DNA of 64,000 nucleotides, from NCBI GenBank assembly GCA_951813555.1, contig OX638344.1:1823076-1887075 (forward strand), written 5' to 3'. The position numbers and the translations under genes were made by a program. Under the pieces are notes generated by a model, which had not been told where the DNA came from, ran no database searches, and was given only the letters and a program-made list of their open reading frames with translations. Source of the DNA: an uncultured Acidimicrobiales bacterium. Its GTDB lineage: Bacteria > Actinomycetota > Acidimicrobiia > Acidimicrobiales > Bin134. Every line of letters starts with the position of its first letter. Position 1 is the stretch's first letter. Shown in pieces: positions 17,868 through 25,290 of this stretch.

Positions 17868-18300
17868 GTTGCAATACGCTAGGCCGGTGGAACAGTCGGT
17901 GTACGACGCAGTGGGCGGACAGGCGTTCTTCGACCAGCTGGTCGACCGCTTCTACGACGGCGTGGCCGACGATCCGGTGCTGCGCCCCCTGTATCCCGAG
18001 GATCTAGGCCCGTCTCGGAGCCGACTGGCCGGGTTCTTGGCCCAGTATTGGGGCGGGCCGCCGCACTACAGCGCCGAGCGGGGCCACCCTCGGCTGCGGA
18101 TGCGCCACGCACCGTTCGTAATCGGGGCCACCGAGCGTGATGCCTGGATGGGCCACATGCGGGCGGCGGTAGGCGAAGCTGAGATGCCCGACGACGTCCG
18201 CGCCGCCATGCTGGACTACTTCGAGTCGGCGGCCACTCACCTGATCAACAAGCAACCGCCCGCAGCCCCGCCTGATTCCCGGCAAGTGCCGATCAGCTGA
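17866..18300 (+). CDS. glbO: Group II truncated haemoglobin (trHbO)
   Basis: SVYDAVGG...FYDGVADDPVLRPLYPEDL...FLAQYWGGPPHYSAERGHPRLRMRHAPF closely resembles mycobacterial GlbO as I recall it. The start is uncertain: ATG 17854, ATG 17866 or GTG 17886. The track ORF start at 17668 is an artefact. Confidence 0.85.
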   Translation: MLQYARPVEQSVYDAVGGQAFFDQLVDRFYDGVADDPVLRPLYPEDLGPSRSRLAGFLAQYWGGPPHYSAERGHPRLRMRHAPFVIGATERDAWMGHMRAAVGEAEMPDDVRAAMLDYFESAATHLINKQPPAAPPDSRQVPIS

Positions 18301-19477
18301 CTGCCGTCGCCACTTGGTCGGCAATGACCGGCGACGGCTGGCTCACCGTGTCCAGATCGATGCTGTAGAGCTCGGCCACGTTGGTGAGGGTGAGCTTGCG
18401 GCGATCATCCTCACTCACACCGGCCTCGTCGAACTCCTTAGCAGCGAACTGCTGGGATCTGGGCCAGGTGGCTGCGCCATGGGGGTAGTCGCTGGACCAC
18501 ATGAAGTGGTCGCTGCCGGTGAAGCGCAGGTTGTTCAGCCCGATCGGGTCTTCAATGTAGGTGAGGTACACGTTGCGCCGGAAGTACTCCGAGGGCTTCA
18601 TGGCCAGCCTGTCGTCGATCCGCCCCCAAGCTCCGCTGTAGGTGACATCGAGCCTCTGCTCCAGCCGGGCGGCGTAGTCGATGCCCCCCTCGGCGGCCAC
18701 GATCCGCAGGTCGGGATGGCGCTCGAACACCCCGGCGGCGATCAGCTCGGCTGTGGTGTGGGCCAACTCGTCGCGCGACGTGATCCCGAAGTAGTAGGTG
18801 CCCTCCACGGTCATCCCGTATTGGCTGATGCCCCTGGTTTGGTGACCGCCAAAGATGTGGATGGAGACTGGCATGGACCGCTCGGCGGCGGTGGCCCATA
18901 GCGGCTCATATCGGTCGGAGAAGAAGCTGTACTCCCGGGTGGCGGGCGGGGAACTCCAGATAATGGCGCCCCGCAGCCCCAGGTCGCCGCAGCGGTTTAT
19001 TTCGGCCACACCTACCTCGATGTCCCATGTGGGGACCAGGGCGATGCCGATGATCCTGTCGGGATCGACCGCGCAGAACTCGGCCAGCCAGTCGTTGTAT
19101 ACCTTGATGCACGCCAGCTGGAGCTCTACGTCGTCGTATTGCAGAAGCGACAGGCCGGCGGTGGGGTACACCACATCGGCCACCGTGTTGTCCGCCCACA
19201 TGTCGGCCAGCCGGGACGCCGGGTCGTGCCCCCCGGTCGCCCCCACCCAGGCATCGGGATCGGCGGACAGGGCGGCGTCCACCTCCTGGGTGGAGATACC
19301 GGCGTTGCGGGAAAGGGTCAGGTTCACCCCCCGGCCCATCTCCGGGGCCTCGAAGTACCAGTAGTGGTTGTCGGGGTCCTGCACGGCTCTAGGTGCCCGG
19401 TCCCGCAGGTGGCTGGGCAAGCGCTCCAACCACAAGTCGCCGGGTTCGACCACATGGGAGTCCGATGAGATCAACAC
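18293..19477 (-). CDS. Amidohydrolase_2 family protein
   Basis: 394 aa. MLISSDSHVVEPGDLWLERLP at the N-terminus and SSDYPHGAATWP at the C-terminus. Third paralog in the window. Confidence 0.8.
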   Translation of the reverse strand: MLISSDSHVVEPGDLWLERLPSHLRDRAPRAVQDPDNHYWYFEAPEMGRGVNLTLSRNAGISTQEVDAALSADPDAWVGATGGHDPASRLADMWADNTVADVVYPTAGLSLLQYDDVELQLACIKVYNDWLAEFCAVDPDRIIGIALVPTWDIEVGVAEINRCGDLGLRGAIIWSSPPATREYSFFSDRYEPLWATAAERSMPVSIHIFGGHQTRGISQYGMTVEGTYYFGITSRDELAHTTAELIAAGVFERHPDLRIVAAEGGIDYAARLEQRLDVTYSGAWGRIDDRLAMKPSEYFRRNVYLTYIEDPIGLNNLRFTGSDHFMWSSDYPHGAATWPRSQQFAAKEFDEAGVSEDDRRKLTLTNVAELYSIDLDTVSQPSPVIADQVATAVS

Positions 19478-19513
19478 GCCGAAAACAGTACCGGCTGTGC
19501 GGTCTCGGTTGCC

Positions 19514-20797
19514 TCAGGATGCGGGCAGGTGGGACGTGGCACCCCGACCCAGCACCCGCAGGAACACGCCGGAGCGGGGCTTGGGGGCGAAGAAACTCGA
19601 CTTGGGCGGCATGAGCCCGTTCTCATCGGCCACCGCCATCAGCTCGCCCACCGACAAGGGATGCAGTGCGAACCCCACCCGGTTTTCCGCATCGCAACGG
19701 CGGGCCAGCTCATCGAAGCCCGCGGAAGCAGGCAGATAGTCCACCGCCCCCTGCTGGCTGAGCTCGTCGGCTCCCAGAACGGGACCGAGGATGGTTCGGC
19801 GGAGCCGCTCCACGTCCAGCCTGCTCACTGCGCCGTTGCCGATAGCTGGCGGCAGCTCCAACCGGTGCCAAGATCCCCCCAGGTAGAGGCCAGCGATTCC
19901 CGGGCCGCTGGGGCGGGCAGCAAACGAAGAGAAAACTGGGGTCACCGCGGCCTCTTCCGACAGCGCTTCCAGACAGTCCTCGGCCCGACGGTCGTGCTGG
20001 TCGGTCGCCAGCCGGTGGAAAGACTGCACATGGAGCTGTTCGTCCGGGAAGATCACGGCCAATGTCCGAGCCAGTGTCGGATCGTCCGGCTCCGCCTCCA
20101 GCGCACGCACTGCCGCGGCCGACCGGTGGTGTCCGTCGGTGACGTAGAGCACCTGGTCGTCGAAGGCCGCGGCCAGCGAGTCGGTGCAGTCCTCCGGCAC
20201 GGTCCAAACCTGATGGCGGACTGCTGTGGACCCGAACTCTAGGTCTGCGGGGACGGTCGAGGTGATGTCCAGCAGCTGGCGGTACAACTCGGCCGTGGAC
20301 CGTACCGCCATGGCCACCGGGCTGGAAGTAGCGCCCACTCCCCGGAGGTGGGCAGTGAGCAAGGAAGCCCGATCGTCGTGGACGTTCTCGTGGATGCGGA
20401 TGCGGCCGTCGCCAAAGCCTCGCACCGGTACCGTGCACACCACTCCGGTCTGCACGCCCTGCTTGTGGGACAGCCGGTACAGATACAGAGCCGGTCGACC
20501 GGTTGGGGCAAAAGCGTTGGCGTTGAGGAGTCGGGTGAGGGCGGCGGCGCCTTCACCCACCAAACCATCAGGAGACAAGTCGGCGTTGTCGAAGAGATCC
20601 TCTCGGCTCCGGGTCACGTTCATATAGCTGTACGGGTTGGTGACTACCAGTGCTCGGCGCTGTTGGGGCGAGAGGTTGTCGTAGGCCCGGCTGATAACCC
20701 GCTCAGCCCAGTTGGGGTGCACGAGCCAACCGTCAAAGGTCGCGACCAGAGGTTCGCCCACTGAGCTTTGCTCCATTGCTGGGCGCGTATCGGTCAT
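19514..20797 (-). CDS. DUF1015 family protein
   Basis: 427 aa. VISRAYDNLSPQQRRAL corresponds to the PPYD-x-IS region, and LYVTDGHHRSAAAV carries the DGHHR motif as I recall the family. Overlaps the upstream gene by 4 nt. Confidence 0.65.
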   Translation of the reverse strand: MTDTRPAMEQSSVGEPLVATFDGWLVHPNWAERVISRAYDNLSPQQRRALVVTNPYSYMNVTRSREDLFDNADLSPDGLVGEGAAALTRLLNANAFAPTGRPALYLYRLSHKQGVQTGVVCTVPVRGFGDGRIRIHENVHDDRASLLTAHLRGVGATSSPVAMAVRSTAELYRQLLDITSTVPADLEFGSTAVRHQVWTVPEDCTDSLAAAFDDQVLYVTDGHHRSAAAVRALEAEPDDPTLARTLAVIFPDEQLHVQSFHRLATDQHDRRAEDCLEALSEEAAVTPVFSSFAARPSGPGIAGLYLGGSWHRLELPPAIGNGAVSRLDVERLRRTILGPVLGADELSQQGAVDYLPASAGFDELARRCDAENRVGFALHPLSVGELMAVADENGLMPPKSSFFAPKPRSGVFLRVLGRGATSHLPAS

Positions 20798-22017
20798 TCG
20801 GCCGCCTTTGGGTCTGTGTCCAGCACTGAAGCGCAGATCACATGCTCGATGGCGCCGAGAGTGTCTAGTAGCTCGCCGTCGATGGTGCCGGCTATCTCGA
20901 TAATGGCCACCGCCGCCTCCGAGCCGGAGAAGATCCGATTCTGCATGTTGGCCACGTTCAGGTGGAGCCGGCTCAGCTCTTGCAGGACACAGGCCAGCAC
21001 ACCCACCCGGTCGTGGTGGCGGATGCTCAGCGTGGCGGTGCGGTTGGGGACCCGCTCCAGGTTGACGCAGTCCAGCACCGCGCCGTGGCGATAGGCCTCG
21101 ATCACTTCGGCGGTGCCCTCCGCCACCGCCAACTGGGCCTGTTCGGTAGAGGCTCCGATGTGATGGGTGGCCGTGACCTTGGGGTGGCGGGCCAGTTGGG
21201 AGTTGATCTGCCCGACTCCCCCTGACGGCTCGTTGGCGAACACGTCGAGACCGGCCCGCAGGTCGGTTGAATCCAGCGCGGCCAGCAGCGCGACCTCGTC
21301 CACCACCTCGCCCCGACTGGTATTGATGAGCACCGCATTGGGCTTCATGGCTCCAAGGAATTCGGCGTCCACCATCCCCACAGTGTCTTCGCCACCGGGG
21401 ACGTGCAGCGATACGATGTCGCTGGCCGCCAGCAGCGCGGCCCGATCGGGCACTTCCACCACCCCGATGTTGGCCAGGCGGCGGTGTACGTCGCGGGTTC
21501 GGTCGTCGCGGACCTCGGTGATGACTTTCAGGCCGCAGGCACTGGCCCGCTGGGCAACCTCGATGCCGATCGCGCCCATGCCGATGATGCCCAGGGTGGA
21601 GCCGAACAGCCCTCGGGCCTTGCTGTATGTCTGCTTATTCCAATCGCCGGCCCGAAGATCGGCGGTGGCGGGGGCAATGTGGCGGTCAATGGCGAACATA
21701 AGCCCGATGGCCAGCTCGGCCACCGCGATGGCGTTGCGCCCCGGCACGTTGCACACGAAGATGCCCAGTTCAGCGGCCCGTTCGGCATCGATGGTGTTGA
21801 TTCCCGCGCCGGCCCTCACTACCAGACCGAGCCGGTCGGCCGCCTCCAGACTGGCAGCGGTGACCTTGGTGCTGCGCACCACCAGCGCGTCGAATCCGGC
21901 GATGTGCTCCGGCAGGCTCTCTGCGGTAAGCGATGCGTCCACGACGCAGATGTCGCCCCCGTCCCGCAGCCGCTCTATAGCGCTCTCGGCCAGGCTGTCA
22001 GCAAAGAGGATTCGCAT
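20794..22017 (-). CDS. D-3-phosphoglycerate dehydrogenase-like 2-hydroxyacid dehydrogenase with C-terminal ACT domain
   Basis: Rossmann motif GIIGMGAIGIEVA. C-terminal ACT-like TLSIRHHDRVGVLACVLQEL. ATG 22017 with ggag upstream is preferred over the track's TTG 22044. Confidence 0.75.
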   Translation of the reverse strand: MRILFADSLAESAIERLRDGGDICVVDASLTAESLPEHIAGFDALVVRSTKVTAASLEAADRLGLVVRAGAGINTIDAERAAELGIFVCNVPGRNAIAVAELAIGLMFAIDRHIAPATADLRAGDWNKQTYSKARGLFGSTLGIIGMGAIGIEVAQRASACGLKVITEVRDDRTRDVHRRLANIGVVEVPDRAALLAASDIVSLHVPGGEDTVGMVDAEFLGAMKPNAVLINTSRGEVVDEVALLAALDSTDLRAGLDVFANEPSGGVGQINSQLARHPKVTATHHIGASTEQAQLAVAEGTAEVIEAYRHGAVLDCVNLERVPNRTATLSIRHHDRVGVLACVLQELSRLHLNVANMQNRIFSGSEAAVAIIEIAGTIDGELLDTLGAIEHVICASVLDTDPKAAE

Positions 22018-22162
22018 GGCTGGGACTCCGTGGTGATCCGGCAATTCTTCCTAAGGCGGCGCCACCCCTTGAAGCTGTTGTACCGCATTGTGGAACTGTT
22101 CCACTCTACGATATCGCTTCGATATTCTTTGTGCTGCCGTGTAAGGCATTTCAGAGCAAATT

Positions 22163-22180
22163 GAAGCTGCCGTCATTCTC
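22163..22180. repeat. Imperfect direct repeat, left boundary of AT-rich islet
   Basis: gaagcTgcCgtcattcTc versus gaagcGgcTgtcattcAc at 23804-23821 (15/18). Flanking att(c), tgtca and tga(a)gtg are also shared. Confidence 0.55.
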
Positions 22181-22327
22181 GCAGATGTCATGAGTGGTAT
22201 TCCCCCAGCCGTTGCGGTGGCTCGGGGCAGGGCTCGCTTCGCCGAGGTCGGAGTCGTTCCTGATGGCCACTGGGGCATTGCAACGCTGCCGAAAAGCCAC
22301 GAGGAACTAGTCGGTCGCAATGCTGAT

Positions 22328-22435
22328 ATCGGAACCCATTGCCTCTATTCTTCAAACTTCGACAATCTCGTTCGCTGCCTGGATGCCGCCGGACCGGACA
22401 TCGGAACCCATTGCCTCTGTCCTCCAAACTTCGAC
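22328..22435. repeat. Two copies of a 36-nt repeat with 72-bp period
   Basis: Copy 1 at 22328-22363 is atcggaacccattgcctctAtTctTcaaacttcgac. Copy 2 at 22400-22435 is atcggaacccattgcctctGtCctCcaaacttcgac (33/36). Confidence 0.85.
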
Positions 22436-22624
22436 GGTTCGAGGAACATTGGCAACATGCCCAGACGACAACGCAACTGGCAATCAGCCCAAATCCACTT
22501 CACTGCCCTCAGCAGCAACCAGCGATAGAGCCTGCCTGCCCTGACCGCGTCGCGGGCATGACTATCGAGTCGTCGTCTTCGGGCGTTTGCACCGACAGAA
22601 ATGAAGTTCGAACTTGATGACAAG

Positions 22625-23374
22625 TCACGAGGTCAGCCAATCCCACTTGAAGGCATGCTCACGCTCATCAAATTCTGCCAGTGCAGCAAGTATATAGGCA
22701 ACGAACTCTTTGTCTGACTTGATTTGTTCTACAGCGTTCTCGTATTTCAGTGAGTGTTCTTTGATCTCGTCAGCATAAACTGAGGTAAGGAGGCTGTCTT
22801 CAATATCGACACGAGCTTGGTACATTCCCTCTCGCCAGATTTCTTCACAGTTCTCCACTGCCTGACTTGCTCCTTCGATTCCTTGAATATATGAGAGTTC
22901 GAGCTCGGCCATGGTTTGAGCATCTACACTGTATTGCGCGGCGCAATCTGAGAGTTCTTTGCGAGTATTGCTTAGCTTTGGATTATCTGAGAGAGCTCTA
23001 ATCTGAGCGTTGATCTCAGGTGAGAGTTTTCGTTTGAGTGCCCACACATAGGGGATTTCATCTTCGGCTTGTCCGACACAGCCGCCAAACATAAAATCAT
23101 CCGGTGCGCCTCGAGGAATGAGCCCTCCATTACGCTCGGACGTATCGAATTCTTCCGCAGTTACTCCTCGTAGAGCTATGTAGTAGTCGTTGCGCTTCTC
23201 AGCAGGGTAATTATCAGCCCGACCACGGTTGGTAGCCGCAGGCGAACTAGTGAATACCGATCCTACCGAGGGAGCAATACCCAATCGATGAAGCTTATGA
23301 AATTCTGCTGTGTCAGCTATAGTATTTGGCGCAAATGAAAGTTCTATCTTATAGTCAAATCCTGCATTCTTCAT
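22625..23374 (-). CDS. Hypothetical protein (AT-rich, foreign codon usage); probably the C-terminal part of a split gene
   Basis: 249-aa ORF with A/T-rich third positions. Its frame stays open for 41 codons upstream of the ATG, back to the C7 tract. The only SD-like aaggag is 15 nt from the ATG. I recognise no family. Confidence 0.55.
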   Translation of the reverse strand: MKNAGFDYKIELSFAPNTIADTAEFHKLHRLGIAPSVGSVFTSSPAATNRGRADNYPAEKRNDYYIALRGVTAEEFDTSERNGGLIPRGAPDDFMFGGCVGQAEDEIPYVWALKRKLSPEINAQIRALSDNPKLSNTRKELSDCAAQYSVDAQTMAELELSYIQGIEGASQAVENCEEIWREGMYQARVDIEDSLLTSVYADEIKEHSLKYENAVEQIKSDKEFVAYILAALAEFDEREHAFKWDWLTS

Positions 23375-23619
23375 GCAATTGGCAACAAACTCCTTGCGCT
23401 TATAAGACTGCCAAGTAACAATGAGATAGTCGCGTGAGGAGTGTTCGGGCGTTCTCCCAAATCCAGGGACCGCTGATAATTCAGAGTACCCCCTTGAGGG
23501 GGGGCACTGCTATTGGCAGTGAAAGTCACCACAAGTAGCGTCAGAACGGCAACGACAACGACGGCGACGGTTCCTATAGTCAGAAAAGTGCGTTTTGACA
23601 GATGTAGTTTAGAAAACAT
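23371..23619 (-). CDS. Hypothetical membrane-anchored peptide; probably the N-terminal part of a split gene
   Basis: 82-aa ORF with one TM/signal-anchor helix (TFLTIGTVAVVVVAVLTLLVVTF). The C7 tract falls at codons 39-41. Has an ATGA overlap with the next ORF. Confidence 0.45.
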   Translation of the reverse strand: MFSKLHLSKRTFLTIGTVAVVVVAVLTLLVVTFTANSSAPPQGGTLNYQRSLDLGERPNTPHATISLLLGSLISARSLLPIA

Positions 23620-23803
23620 TAAACCTACCTAAGGATATCCTAAGAACAGATCAATAGCCCAGCCATACCGCCATGAGCCATTCTTCACTCCGTTGCCTAT
23701 GCTTCCGCCAGCTTCCATCCAGTTGTCAACGCAAGTCTCGCTACCAACCGGCGCACGCGCACGAGCAGCGATCAGATGGCCAGGCCATATGGCTATCTGA
23801 TTC

Positions 23804-23821
23804 GAAGCGGCTGTCATTCAC
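23804..23821. repeat. Imperfect direct repeat, right boundary of AT-rich islet
   Basis: See 22163-22180. Confidence 0.55.
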
Positions 23822-23931
23822 TGTCAAAAGTATGAAGTGCAACAGCCGGGCCGGGTATTTTCGGCGGGGTGGCAGACGGGCGTGGTCGGGGAGCGGTTCC
23901 CCGGCGAGGGCGGTTGGGGCGCACGGCCAAA

Positions 23932-25257
23932 ATGGCCGGTCTGGGGGCTCGCAGCGGCGCTCGTGCTGCCATGGCCAGGGCCCGCAAGGTGTTCGCCGAC
24001 GCCCAGCGGGCCGAGGCTGTTGACGCCGAGCGGGAGTTGCGCACCGCGGCCGACGTGGTGGAGGTGCTGGGCAACATGAAGGGCGCCCTCATGAAGGTCG
24101 GCCAGATGGCCAGCTACCTGGATGTTGGCCTGCCCGAGGCCACGAGGGCATCGCTGGCCCAACTTCAGGCCAACGCCCCGCCGATGAGCCCGGCTCTCGC
24201 CGAGTCGGTGGTCGCCGCCGAGCTGGGCGCCCCGCCCGGTGAGCTGTTCGAGCAATGGGACCCGGTGCCGATCGCGGCAGCGTCTATCGGCCAGGTCCAC
24301 CGGGCCGTCACCGCCGACGGCCGGGCCTGCGCCGTCAAGGTCCAGTACCCCGGTGTGGCCGAGGCCATCGCCACCGACCTCGGATCGGCCCGGATGGTGT
24401 TCCGGGCGCTCTCGGTGCTGTTTCCCGGACTCGATCCCGCCCCCATTGTGGAGGAGCTGCGCCAGCGGCTCACTGAGGAGCTGGACTACGAGCACGAGGC
24501 GTCCAACCAGCGCTTGTTCGCCGACCACTATCGGGGCCACCCCTATATCGCCGTTCCCGAGGTGTACGACGATTTGAGCTCGGCCCGGGTGCTGACCACC
24601 GAGCTGGCGGTGGGAGCGACCTTCGAGGAAGTGCTGGGCTGGCCCCCAGAACAGCGCAACCGGGTGGCTGAGACCATCTACCGGTTCTCGTTCGGGTCGA
24701 TTTACCGCTTGTGGGCGTTCAACGGCGATCCCCACCCCGGGAACTACCTCTTCGGTCCCGACGGCTCGGTCGTTTTCTTGGATTTCGGCCTCGTCAAGCG
24801 ATTCACCGCCGACGAGACCGCCCAGTTCGAGCGGATGCTCACCGCCATGGTGATCGACCGCGACATTCCCCGGTTCAGGTCCGAGCAGGTGGCCGCTGGC
24901 CTGTTGCCAGCCGACGCGCCATTCAGCGACAACGAGGTGGAGGATTTCTTCACCCAATTCTACGAGTTCGTGCTCACCGACGAGACCCGGACCTTTACCC
25001 CCGAGTACGCCGCCGCGGGGGTAAAGGCCATCTTCAGCGCCTCCGGCGATCACGCCGAGCTGAAAAAAGTGCTGAACGTACCGCCCTCGCTGGTGGTGCT
25101 CCAGCGGATCAACCTCGGGTTGATCTCGCTGTTCGCCCAACTCGGCGCCACAGCCAACTGGCGCAGCATCGCAGAGGAGCTGTGGCCGTTCACCGATCGG
25201 CCCCCCTCCACCCCCATGGGCCAAGACGCCCAAGCCTGGCGAATGTCTCTCCAATGA
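23932..25257 (+). CDS. ABC1/UbiB (AarF) atypical kinase family protein
   Basis: LMKVGQMASYLD, PIAAASIGQVHRAV and AVKVQYPGV are motifs of the ABC1 family. ATG 23932 or GTG 23869 are both possible starts. Confidence 0.8.
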   Translation: MAGLGARSGARAAMARARKVFADAQRAEAVDAERELRTAADVVEVLGNMKGALMKVGQMASYLDVGLPEATRASLAQLQANAPPMSPALAESVVAAELGAPPGELFEQWDPVPIAAASIGQVHRAVTADGRACAVKVQYPGVAEAIATDLGSARMVFRALSVLFPGLDPAPIVEELRQRLTEELDYEHEASNQRLFADHYRGHPYIAVPEVYDDLSSARVLTTELAVGATFEEVLGWPPEQRNRVAETIYRFSFGSIYRLWAFNGDPHPGNYLFGPDGSVVFLDFGLVKRFTADETAQFERMLTAMVIDRDIPRFRSEQVAAGLLPADAPFSDNEVEDFFTQFYEFVLTDETRTFTPEYAAAGVKAIFSASGDHAELKKVLNVPPSLVVLQRINLGLISLFAQLGATANWRSIAEELWPFTDRPPSTPMGQDAQAWRMSLQ

Positions 25258-25290
25258 GAGCCTGATTGGTTGGTCGCCTACCCTGCGGCC

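Larger units (their letters stand above)
22181..23803. mobile_element. Putative horizontally acquired AT-rich islet (no recombinase gene seen)
   Basis: Hand counts of two 60-nt lines inside give 43% and 48% GC, against 65-70% in typical lines elsewhere. Bounded by the imperfect direct repeat. Contains the 36-nt repeat pair and two orphan ORFs. Confidence 0.4.

Noticed and set aside
22328-22435. Possible CRISPR array
   Set aside because: There are only two repeat copies with three mismatches, no further units and no cas genes in the window.
23629-23817. 62-aa minus-strand ORF just upstream of the islet's membrane-anchor ORF
   Set aside because: No recognisable motif, no SD, and a composition intermediate between islet and host. 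It overlaps the right boundary repeat. Evidence is insufficient to call a gene.
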